Shown here: positions 8,876 to 17,543 of the stretch, one piece after another
Layout: every line of letters starts with the position of its first letter
How positions within the stretch are numbered: position 1 is the first letter of the stretch
Assembly: GCA_964388455.1 (NCBI GenBank)
Contig: CAYMAN010000005.1
Span: forward strand, 2,920-66,919
DNA: 64,000 bases
From: an uncultured Eubacteriales bacterium
Lineage (GTDB): Bacteria; Actinomycetota; Coriobacteriia; Anaerosomatales; JAAXUF01
Direction of reading: 5' to 3'
The notes under the pieces: model-generated
The model's input: only the letters and a program-made list of their open reading frames with translations
Told to the model about the DNA's origin: nothing
Database searches by the model: none
Position numbers and translations under genes: made by a program

Positions 8876-10114
8876 CTACTTGTTGTGGCAGTTCTCACAC
8901 ACGCCGCGGTTGTCCATACGGAGCAGTGCCGAAGGCGTGCTGGAAACGAACGGCGGCAGGCCCGAGCCAGATGTGTCGACTGAGAAGCCGGACATCTGCG
9001 CGACCGTGCCGTGTGCCCTGTGGCACGTGAGGCACTCGACCCAGTCGGTCGCTGTCGTCGAAGGGTTGCCCTTCTCGGAGAGATTGTTCGCGACCGGAAG
9101 TGCCAGACCAGCTACGTTCAGCGGCGTGGCGGTCGAGTTGTAAGAAGCGAGCTCCACGTTGATCGGGTGCTTGTGGCGCAGCGTCAGCGCGGCCCCATCG
9201 CCAGCGTTATACGTGCTGGCGAGCGACTGGTAGACGACACCCAGGCTGCTGGTGAACTGCTCCGTCGCGTCACCGACATACGTCGAGTGACAGCCGGCGC
9301 ACCAACCGCTCATGCCCTTGTCAGGGTTCTCGACGCCCGTGGCCATGTCATAGCCCTTGGCGTACATCGGAGTGGTGTAGTTAGGCTCGTACGCGGGGTA
9401 GCCGCCAGGATTGTGAAGACGGAAGCCCTTGTCGGGCCATCCGGTCTCTACCGACGAGACGAAGCCGTCTGGCGTCGGGTCGGCCGGGGCGGTAGCGGAT
9501 GTCACGTAGCCACCGACGTAGTTGCCGTTGACGAGCGACTTCAGGATGCGGTAGTTCGAGCTGCCGTGAGGATCATGGCAGGTGGCGCAGTCCATGGCGA
9601 TCTTGTTGGACTCGCCCGCAAGGTTGCTGGTCAGAGGGTTGCCGGTTTCGGTGTAGTTACCGGTCGCACCCGCAGTGCCCTTGCCGAAGTAGCCACCGCC
9701 GTAGGCACCCCACGCGGCACCGTTGGCGATATGCCACGACGTGGTGGCACTATCATCGAAGGACTCAAAGCCACCTGCGTTGAGTATGCCCATGTTGGTA
9801 CCGTAGTCGGTTCCGTAGTACAGACCATCGCTGACGTTGGTATCCGCGCTCTGTCCAGCTGAGTCGTGACACGCGTAGCAGAACTCCTGCATTGTCGTGG
9901 CCGACGAGACCAGCAAAGCACTGTGCTCAGTCGTTCCACTCGCGTCAGTCCACGTGAGCGAACTGACAGAAGTGTGTGCACGGTGACAACCAGCGCAAGC
10001 GTCGGTGTCGTTCACGTAGTTGCCATGGATCGCGAAGTTGGCGAACGCTGCCGAGGGAACGAGGATGGCTGCGAATGCGACGATCGCGAGCAGAATCGAG
10101 AATCTCTTCGTCAT
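8876..10114 (-). CDS. Secreted hexaheme c-type cytochrome
   Basis: Signal peptide MTKRFSILLAIVAFAAILVPSAAFA. Six CxxCH motifs: CAGCH, CYACH, CATCH, CAGCH, CLTCH, CENCH. SD GGGAGGTG. Confidence 0.85.
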   Translation of the reverse strand: MTKRFSILLAIVAFAAILVPSAAFANFAIHGNYVNDTDACAGCHRAHTSVSSLTWTDASGTTEHSALLVSSATTMQEFCYACHDSAGQSADTNVSDGLYYGTDYGTNMGILNAGGFESFDDSATTSWHIANGAAWGAYGGGYFGKGTAGATGNYTETGNPLTSNLAGESNKIAMDCATCHDPHGSSNYRILKSLVNGNYVGGYVTSATAPADPTPDGFVSSVETGWPDKGFRLHNPGGYPAYEPNYTTPMYAKGYDMATGVENPDKGMSGWCAGCHSTYVGDATEQFTSSLGVVYQSLASTYNAGDGAALTLRHKHPINVELASYNSTATPLNVAGLALPVANNLSEKGNPSTTATDWVECLTCHRAHGTVAQMSGFSVDTSGSGLPPFVSSTPSALLRMDNRGVCENCHNK

Positions 10115-10119
10115 ATCAG

Positions 10120-11010
10120 CTACACCTCCCCGCCGGTCACGGCGTCTGCTTCGTTCTTGGCTCTGCGTGAGGATATCGCCATCAGGCCACCGACTACAAG
10201 CGTCGGAAGCACGACGGCCTTTGCGAGCGAGCCAGTAAGCATGCCACTCACCATCGGAGCGACATGGTCCTCGATGAACGGATCCGCCTTGGGCGGAGCC
10301 AAGAGCGTCTTGCGACTCGCCCAGAACATCGAGTCACCACCGATGACGTTCACGGTGCCGTCGGCGAAGGTGTAGCCGTTGGCGGGATCCTGAACGTATG
10401 CGGCGATGTTGGCGCGAGTGTCCCACATCATGGCCTTCGCAGGACACGTTGAGACGCAGGCCGGCTCGTGAGCGCGACCGGGCGACGCAGCGATCTCGGC
10501 GGCGGTTGCACGGGTCTGCAGGGGCGGAAGGCCTGAGCCTGCCACATCCGCATCGGAACCGGCGCGACCGGCGCACAGGATGCACTTGTTCATCAGCGTG
10601 GACTCATTGCCGATGTAGGGCTTACCGATCTTGGGATAGCCGCCGCGCTGGCAGTTAACCTGGCACGGATACTGACCAAAACGGTCCTTGCACGCTGCCG
10701 GATCACAGAGGTTCGGATCCACGGCAACGGCGCCTGTACTGGGATTCCAGGTCAGGGCAGCCTTGCCGCTCGCGTCCTTGACGGGACACGCACGGGCGCA
10801 AGGAGCGTCGACGCAGTGCCAGCACGAGAACCGAATGAACGGGCCCATGTCGACACGCTTCTGGCTCTTGATCGTCACACGCTGATCATACGCAACGTTG
10901 TGAACGCCGATCGTCTCGGCGCGGATGTTCCACTCGCGCTTACAGGCAACGACACAGCCATTGCACCGCATGCACTTGTCCACATCTTGCAGAATTGCCA
11001 TCACAGTCAT
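10120..11010 (-). CDS. 4x[4Fe-4S] ferredoxin-type electron-transfer subunit (FdnH/DmsB-like) with C-terminal TM anchor
   Basis: Cys clusters CMRCNGCVVACK, CWHCVDAPCARACP, CILCAGR and CVSTCP. C-terminal helix VVLPTLVVGGLMAISS. SD GGGAGGTG. Confidence 0.85.
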   Translation of the reverse strand: MTVMAILQDVDKCMRCNGCVVACKREWNIRAETIGVHNVAYDQRVTIKSQKRVDMGPFIRFSCWHCVDAPCARACPVKDASGKAALTWNPSTGAVAVDPNLCDPAACKDRFGQYPCQVNCQRGGYPKIGKPYIGNESTLMNKCILCAGRAGSDADVAGSGLPPLQTRATAAEIAASPGRAHEPACVSTCPAKAMMWDTRANIAAYVQDPANGYTFADGTVNVIGGDSMFWASRKTLLAPPKADPFIEDHVAPMVSGMLTGSLAKAVVLPTLVVGGLMAISSRRAKNEADAVTGGEV

Positions 11011-11023
11011 CAGTCACACCTCC

Positions 11024-14000
11024 CTACATCTTCTTGATACGGCAGAGGCAGATCTTGTACTCAGGAATCAAAGTGTTTGCATCCCAGGCATCGATGGTGA
11101 GGTCGTTTGCACGCGAGCCGGTTGAGAGGCCCTTCTCACCCCAGTGCCATGGAATCGCGACTACACCGACGCCTACACGCTGGTTGGTGCTCTGTCCAAC
11201 GCCCACCTTGGCGCGCCAGCCCGCTCCGTAAGGAAGAAGCTTCTGGTCTGCAAGGCCCTCGGTGCGCTTCGTGATGATCTGGACCAAGTCACCATCCTGG
11301 ATGCCGTGGGCACGCGCATCGATGGAGTTGAGCTCGATCCACGGCTCGGGCTCGAGCTCATGGTTGTACGCGTTGTTTCGCGTGATCGGGCCACCCTGGA
11401 AATGCTCGACGCAACGAATCGTGGTGAGCATGAGCGGGTAGGTGTCCACGGTACCGATGGGCGACCGCGCGTCTGAAGTGGTGATCAGGTTCGCGGAGGT
11501 GCCGGTTGTGCCGTTCTTGCCCCACGTGAGCGCGAGCGTAGGCTCTGGGGTCTCGTACGGCTCGGTGTGGCCGGGGAAGCGGCCGGTGAGCACGTGCGGC
11601 GCGGTCGAGCCACCGATGCTGGGCAGATCCTTGAGGTTGTGGTGCTTGCGATAGTTGTTGTTCGCATAGTCCATGAGATCCGTGCTGAGCGTCGAGAAGA
11701 GTCTCGAGACGCGGTCCGGACCCTGGAACCCGTCCATCTGATCGCCAGGAACCTCAGCTGTGGCATCGACCGCTGCATTGTTGTTGTACAGAACGCGACG
11801 GTTGACCAGCCAAGAGTAGCCCCACTTGTGGAAGCCATAGGACTTGTAGGGATCTTCCTGTGAGCGACTCTTCGAGCGATTGGCAACTGTCCATGCAGTG
11901 TAGTCGGCACCGAGACGCGACTTGTTGAGAGTAGAGCTGTACGCCTCGTGGTAGATCCAGATCGTTCCGCCACCGGCGTTTGAGACGACGGTGCACATCT
12001 GGCGATACAACTTCTCCGCGACGTACTCGGCGCCCGTCATCGCGCCCGTCTTGATGCCACCCTCGTGGGTGAATCCGGACTCGGTCGCGTCCTTGAAATC
12101 ATCGACGGTAGCCGTTGCGTTCGGCGTCCAGCCGTACTGGCGACCGAACAGTGAGTCATACACCGATACGAAGGTGCCAGGTGTCGCACCGTCCGTGCTT
12201 GCTGCGAACGCTGCGCCCTTAGTCCATCCGAGACCGCCGGATGCCTTGGCCGTGGTCCACTTGTTCTCGATGTGCGAGAACACGCTCTTCTCGTCAAGCT
12301 TCTTGGCGAGACGAAGCAGCAGCTCGAGATCGGTCTTGCTGTTGCCGCTGGGGAGTTTGGCCTGATAGCGCCACTGCAGTACGCGACCGGAGTTGGTTGC
12401 GCTACCGGCCTGCTCGACGTGCGCGGCAGCCGGAATCAGGTACGTTACTGCACCATCCTTACGCGGAATAGCGGCCGTCTCAGTCTCGAAGACATCCTGT
12501 ACGACCAACAGATCGAGGTTCTTGAGGCCGTCGCGCACCACACCCTGGTTGGGCTCGGTCACGGCCGGGTTCTGGCCAAGAATGAACGCAGCCTTCGTGC
12601 CGCCTGCGACCATCTTGCGGAACATGGAGATGTGATCATCGCCGTTACCCTTTGGCCAGAGGTCGTACACAGCGTTGACCTTCGTGCGCCTGTCGGCGAT
12701 GGCTGCCGTGGCGGCGTCATCAACGTAGTCGTCGGCACCAGCGGCGTAGTTCGGAGCGAACCACCGCATGGTCATGTTGTAGAAGCCCTTGGACTGCAGG
12801 TTCAGGGGTCCCGTGCCTACCAAGCCCCATGTGCTACGAGTGAACGCGTCATCGTACGGGTTGGTGCCCATGTTCATGCGGTTGCCCCACAGGCCGTCCA
12901 TGTACTTACCGAACGCATTGACGTCATTCTTAGTCGAGTCCGAGTGACCAGCGCTCATCACCGTCGGGTTGCCCGAGTACGCAGGGATGTTGCCGAACAG
13001 CAGACCCATATCCGTGGAGCCCTGAACGTTGTGGATTCCACGAAGGGCGTTGATTCCGCCGCCCGCACGACCCGCGTTACCCAGAATGGTCTGGAGGTTG
13101 GCGAAGCCCTTGACGTTCTGCGAGCCACACGTGTGCTGGGTGATTCCCATTGCGTAGAGAATCGTGGTCGCACGATAGCCGGATGCGTAGGGCGTCTTGA
13201 CAAGACCCGTCAGCGGATCCGCGTCGCCTGCGCCGGTGTAGCTAGCCATGCGGCTGTGCTTGATCATTTCTTCGGCAACCGCAACAAGCTCGGCCGGGGT
13301 ACACCCGCAGATATCGGCAACAGTGGCCTCGTCATACGGTGCGACCTGGGCTTTGAGCTTCTGGAAAACACTGTCCGCATCGGTGATGTCGTTCGCGGCA
13401 ACAGGAAGCGCCGTGAACTGGAATGCAGCGTCCCACCAGCCCATACCGAAGTACAGGTTTGCCAGGCTATCTGAATACCAGAGTGCCCAGCTGGTACCGA
13501 CCTGGGCGACCACTGGACGCGCGGTGCCTGCGCTGGCGGTCACGCCCGGCAAACCCTTGATGTAACCGGTCAATCCGGCAGCCACAACAGGCCGCGTGAA
13601 GGTCAGGCCATCGGCGGAAGTTGCCGTGCTGATCTTCTGGATCTGATCCGTCAAGCTGTACCCAACGTACAGGAGCTGGTATGCAGCGCCGTTCTTGACA
13701 ACCATCGGGTGCATGACGCGATAGCTATCCCAGCCAGTCGCCGCAGGTGAAAGAGCCGGTACGGGACCGCCGACGACAGCCTCGAACGAGGCGTTGAAGG
13801 TGGTTGCGTCCCAGGTACCGGGCGCGTCCGTCGTGAAGCCCTGATACAGCTTGTACTCAGCGGCTGGATTCCCACGACCCTGGAAGTAGAGGCGATATGT
13901 CGCTCCATCCTTCAGGACCATAGGACGGTCGTACTTGTAGATGGTCATGCCCGCACTGTCGGTGACAGGTGTCGTCACCGGATCGAGGATGACGGCTTCG

Positions 14001-15526
14001 GCGCCCCATGTCAGGCCATCAGCAGAGCTGCGAATGGTGAGTTTACGATCCGCATCGTTGTTGACCATGTAGTACACGCCGGACTCAAGCCAGACGAACG
14101 GTGCATCGGCGCCGTCGGAGACGTTGGTATCGACACCCGTCGTCCACGTGTTGCCGTCCTTGGAGGTCGCGAACTGGATGTTCGTCTCCGCGCCTACAGC
14201 CGAGACGTACCACATCTTGTACTTCTTGGCGGCGTCAGTCTCCGCTGCGTCAAACACAACTGTCGGTGTGTTAGCGGCATATCCGGTTGCAGCAGCCTTG
14301 TTGTAGCGCTGATAGTCGCTGCCCACCGAGTTGATCTTCAGGCGTGCATCGGTGTACTTGGAGCGATCCGCGGCCGTAGCTACGCCGCCCCTAGCACCGT
14401 CGGGGATGAACGTCTGCGTCTGCTTCTGGTTAAGGAAGGCGTCGAAGTGAGTCTTGTACTTCTCCGTTGCAGCTGCGCCGTCCGCGATGTTGTTGATGAT
14501 GTAACGAATCAGGCCGTTCTGGAACGCGATGTCTGTTCCGGGACGGATACGCACATACATGTCCGCCTGCGTCGCGGTGCGCGTCTTGCGCGGATCGATG
14601 ACGATCATCTTCGCCGCGGGCTTTGCACTTATGTCGCCGTTAGGCAGAACCTGGTTGGCGGTCTTGGCGCGGTTGATGTGCGCCATGCACGCCGGATGGT
14701 TCTCTGCCGGATTAGCTCCCCACGCGATGACAAGCGTCGAGTTCGCGATATCTGTCCAGCTGTTGGTCATTGCTCCACGTGCGAATGCGGCGGCCAGACC
14801 GGCCACCGTTGACGAGTGTCATATTCGCGCCTGATGCTCGACGTTGCTGGTACCGAAGTTCGCGATGAGTTTGCGGTACAGATAGTTGCCTTCGCTGTTC
14901 ATGTGCGAACTACCGAAGAACGCAACGCCCTTACTGTTGTAGCCGTTCGCGGCCGACGGTGCTGAAACACCGGCGCCACCAACGTTGTCACGTGCGGCCT
15001 TGAGGCCGTCTGCGATCTCATCCATCGCCTGGTCTAGCGGCATCGCCGTCCACGCGGTGTTAACGCCTGATGCAGTTCCTGTGGACTTGTACGCGACGCC
15101 GTTAGGAGCAGCCGGGTCGGCAAGGAAGGCATTGCTGCCTGCAGGGTGGTTGAGACTGCCGCCGAGCTCAGGCGAGCCAGCTTCCCACGCACCGATACGA
15201 CGAGAGTTGTTCACGAGCTGAAGAGAGCCCGCACCCTTGGAGCACAGACCGCCGGTATTGAAGACGGACTCGAAATCGCCATAGATGTCGACGACCTTGC
15301 CAGATGATTTCTCAACGACTACTCGCTGCCCGCAACTAGCGGAACAGTAAGGACAGGTGGTTGTGGTGATCGTGTAGGCGGCCATTCCCTCGTACGCCGC
15401 TGCCTTTGCAGGGTCGTATGCGAAGTTGAGACCGCAACCAACCACCGCTGTTGCAGCAGCGGATGACTTCAGAAAGTCTCTACGTGAGAGTCCTGAGGCC
15501 CCCTGCCCGGTGTCTTTAGTTGCCAT
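11024..15526 (-). CDS. Tat-exported selenocysteine-containing molybdo/tungstopterin oxidoreductase, formate dehydrogenase (FdnG)-like, 1500 aa with internal beta-propeller-like insertion
   Basis: Track ORFs 14819..15526 and 11024..14806 are in the same frame and separated only by TGA 14819-14821. The joined reading is ...NVEHQARI-U-HSSTVAGLAAAFARGAMTNSW, which matches the FdnG/FdhF Sec context. Tat signal SRRDFLKSSAAATAVVG. N-terminal FeS motif CPYCSASCG...C. C-terminal pterin-binding region ...LTTIRCVEHFQGG... Confidence 0.85.
14789..14807 (-). promoter_or_regulatory. SECIS-like hairpin 11 nt 3' of the UGA codon
   Basis: GGUGGCC-GGUCU-GGCCGCC forms a 7-bp stem with one G-U pair. The GGUCU loop resembles the E. 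coli fdhF SECIS apical loop. Confidence 0.65.
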
Positions 15527-15654
15527 ACTGCGTTCCTCTCTGATTGGCAGAGATCAGAAAAATCTCCGTGCTCCTGTGCCCTGAATGAGCGCGCATCGAT
15601 GACGTGTTTTGCCCATCCTCCTCTCGCGTGCCATCGCTGCTTACCGGGGAGCGA

Positions 15655-15705
15655 AAATGAAAAACCGGGCGCGACACAGCACTGCGCTGTGAACACACTC
15701 CGGTT
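15655..15705 (-). terminator. Terminator-like structure with U-run in the FDH-operon leader
   Basis: Outer stem AACCGG/CCGGUU encloses the inner hairpin CACAGC-GCAGU-GCUGUG. It is followed by UUUUUCAUUUU. It lies between the riboswitch-like element and the start codon. Confidence 0.4.
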
Positions 15706-15792
15706 CTAGAACCCATATTGGACAGCCCTCTTCCCTTACCCGGGGAAACACGAGCATGGGCGAGCCGTGGTGACCGGGGCTCGCCGTACTCG

Positions 15793-15893
15793 CAGTCTCC
15801 TTTCCAAGTGGGGAGGCGCCACCGTTTCCAGTGACACCCCGGCCCGACAACCATGGCGCGGATGCGCTGTAGGTCCGAAGGGCTCGGAGACTG
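15793..15893 (-). ncRNA. Moco/Tuco-riboswitch-like element in the FDH-operon leader
   Basis: An 8-bp closing stem CAGUCUCC...GGAGACUG encloses CUCCGAGCC, an internal GGAAACGG loop, GCGCCUCCCC and UUGGAAAGG. These are the conserved blocks I recall from the Moco RNA motif. A paralogous element lies at 34340-34442. Confidence 0.6.
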
Positions 15894-15948
15894 TCTTATT
15901 CGGTTGAATCAAGCACGATCTACGCGTTCACGACCCTGTGAGGTCGAG

Positions 15949-16009
15949 TTTGTAACACGTGTTACAAAGACCGCACATGTATCGTAATCCTCGCTTGCAG
16001 ACCTGTCAA
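15949..16009 (-). promoter_or_regulatory. Sigma70-like promoter plus palindromic operator of the FDH-like operon
   Basis: -35 TTGACA (16004-16009), 17-nt spacer, -10 TACGAT (15981-15986). A perfect 20-bp palindrome TTTGTAACACGTGTTACAAA lies at 15949-15968. Confidence 0.65.
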
Positions 16010-16046
16010 CGCACACGCAATCTCCACAGTGTGCGGGTAGCAGCAC

Positions 16047-17543
16047 CTAGCGTTCATTCTGCCGATCGTTTGCGCCGAAATATCGTGCAATGAACTGCTC
16101 CGCATCAAATGTGCCAATCTCCGCTAAACGCGCAAGGCGCCGGAGATCCAAATCCTCGGTGCACAGACCCCGAGCACGATCAGCAAGTGCAAGGAGAATC
16201 GCCTCGCGCTCACCGATGTCGAGCTTCTCGCGCATCGCACGCACATCGGACTCCGAGTACTCCTCGGCCTGGATAAGCGTGCCAAGATCGACGTCGCCAA
16301 CGATGCGGCCCGCGTATAGCGCGTGGTCCATCTCAGGACAGAGCAGACGCAGCTTGCGCTTGGAGGCCACTTCGGCGATCACATCGCGCTGAATGAGCAC
16401 CTCGACGAACTCCGGTGAGACGACTAGGCGGACCTTTCTGAGCATCAACGGAATCAGGAGCAGAAGGAGCGGCAGGAGACACAGCGCCCAACCCCACGGC
16501 GTGCTGGGGGTGACAACTCTCGGGATGGGAGCAACCGGCCAGCCCCATACCTGGACCTGATCGTTCTCGCGGTCGGTGACGTAAATGCGGCCGTTCTTAT
16601 CGAGCGCCACATCTGCGGGATAGTTGAACTGACTGGGACCAAATCCCTTGGAACCGAACTGAACCAGCTGCTTGCCATCGAGATCGTAGATGTCCACGAC
16701 ATGTGCGAGAGCGTCGACCGCGAACAGATGCTTGGAATCCACAGCCAGACCGCGAGGAATACCCGATGAGTCGATGATGCGGATCAATTCGCCGGTTGGC
16801 TTGAACACCTGAATGCGACGGTTGTTGGAATCCGAGACGTAGACAGCGCCGTTCTTCGCCACAGCGATACCACTTGGAAAGAAGAACTCGCTCGGCGAAT
16901 CGATCACCGAGTTGGCCTGAACTGTCTTGCCGAACGTGACCGTTCGGCTGCCCTCGGTGGAGAAGAAGATGACTCTGTGTCGGTCCGTTGCGCCGACATC
17001 AGTGACTCTCGGCGCACCTGATGTGTCAAAGGAGATTGCCAGTGGAGCCCAACTGAACTTGGGTTCACCCTCCGGCGTGAACGTCCTCAGGTACTTACCC
17101 TCGAGGTCGTAGACGTAGATGGTCCTGAAGCGGCGCTCGGTTACCCACACCTCGGAGCCCTTGATGGCGACGTTCACTGGCGAGCGAAGTCGACCCTTGC
17201 CAGTGGTGCCGAACGAGAAGAGATACCTGCCGCGCGGAGCGAACACGCTCATCCGCCGATTGCCCGCGTCAACGACGTACACGCGGCCATCCGCGCCGAT
17301 ATCGACTCCGGCAGGGCGTCTGATCTGACCCTTGCCTTCGTCTCCGGTGATGGAGAACAGATACTGCGGCGCTGTCAACGCCGCTTGTGGCTCTCCCAAC
17401 TTCACAGACGGCAGGCTCTGGTTCCTCACAAAGTAGAACGTCGCATATGAAAGCAACGCGAGCAGCAAGAGGAGCAGAGCAAGCAGGATGACACGTTTGC
17501 GCTTCTGACGACGAGTTAGAGGCTGACGCGTGCTACTTGCCAT
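16047..17543 (-). CDS. Bitopic membrane protein: TM, NHL-repeat beta-propeller, TM, PIN-like C-terminal domain (paralog B)
   Basis: Same architecture as 3718..5220. Blades include VYVVDAGNRRMSVF, VWVTERRFRTIYVY, VYVSDSNNRRIQVF and IYVTDRENDQVQVW. TM2 is ALCLLPLLLLLIPLML, followed by RK. The start overlaps the upstream TPR gene by 11 nt. Confidence 0.8.
   Translation of the reverse strand: MASSTRQPLTRRQKRKRVILLALLLLLLALLSYATFYFVRNQSLPSVKLGEPQAALTAPQYLFSITGDEGKGQIRRPAGVDIGADGRVYVVDAGNRRMSVFAPRGRYLFSFGTTGKGRLRSPVNVAIKGSEVWVTERRFRTIYVYDLEGKYLRTFTPEGEPKFSWAPLAISFDTSGAPRVTDVGATDRHRVIFFSTEGSRTVTFGKTVQANSVIDSPSEFFFPSGIAVAKNGAVYVSDSNNRRIQVFKPTGELIRIIDSSGIPRGLAVDSKHLFAVDALAHVVDIYDLDGKQLVQFGSKGFGPSQFNYPADVALDKNGRIYVTDRENDQVQVWGWPVAPIPRVVTPSTPWGWALCLLPLLLLLIPLMLRKVRLVVSPEFVEVLIQRDVIAEVASKRKLRLLCPEMDHALYAGRIVGDVDLGTLIQAEEYSESDVRAMREKLDIGEREAILLALADRARGLCTEDLDLRRLARLAEIGTFDAEQFIARYFGANDRQNER

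Noticed and set aside
14804-14821. Interpreting the break between ORFs 14819..15526 and 11024..14806 as a pseudogene, a frameshift or two separate genes
   Set aside because: The two ORFs are in the same frame and separated by a single TGA at exactly the FDH selenocysteine position. A SECIS-like hairpin follows, and selABCD are present.
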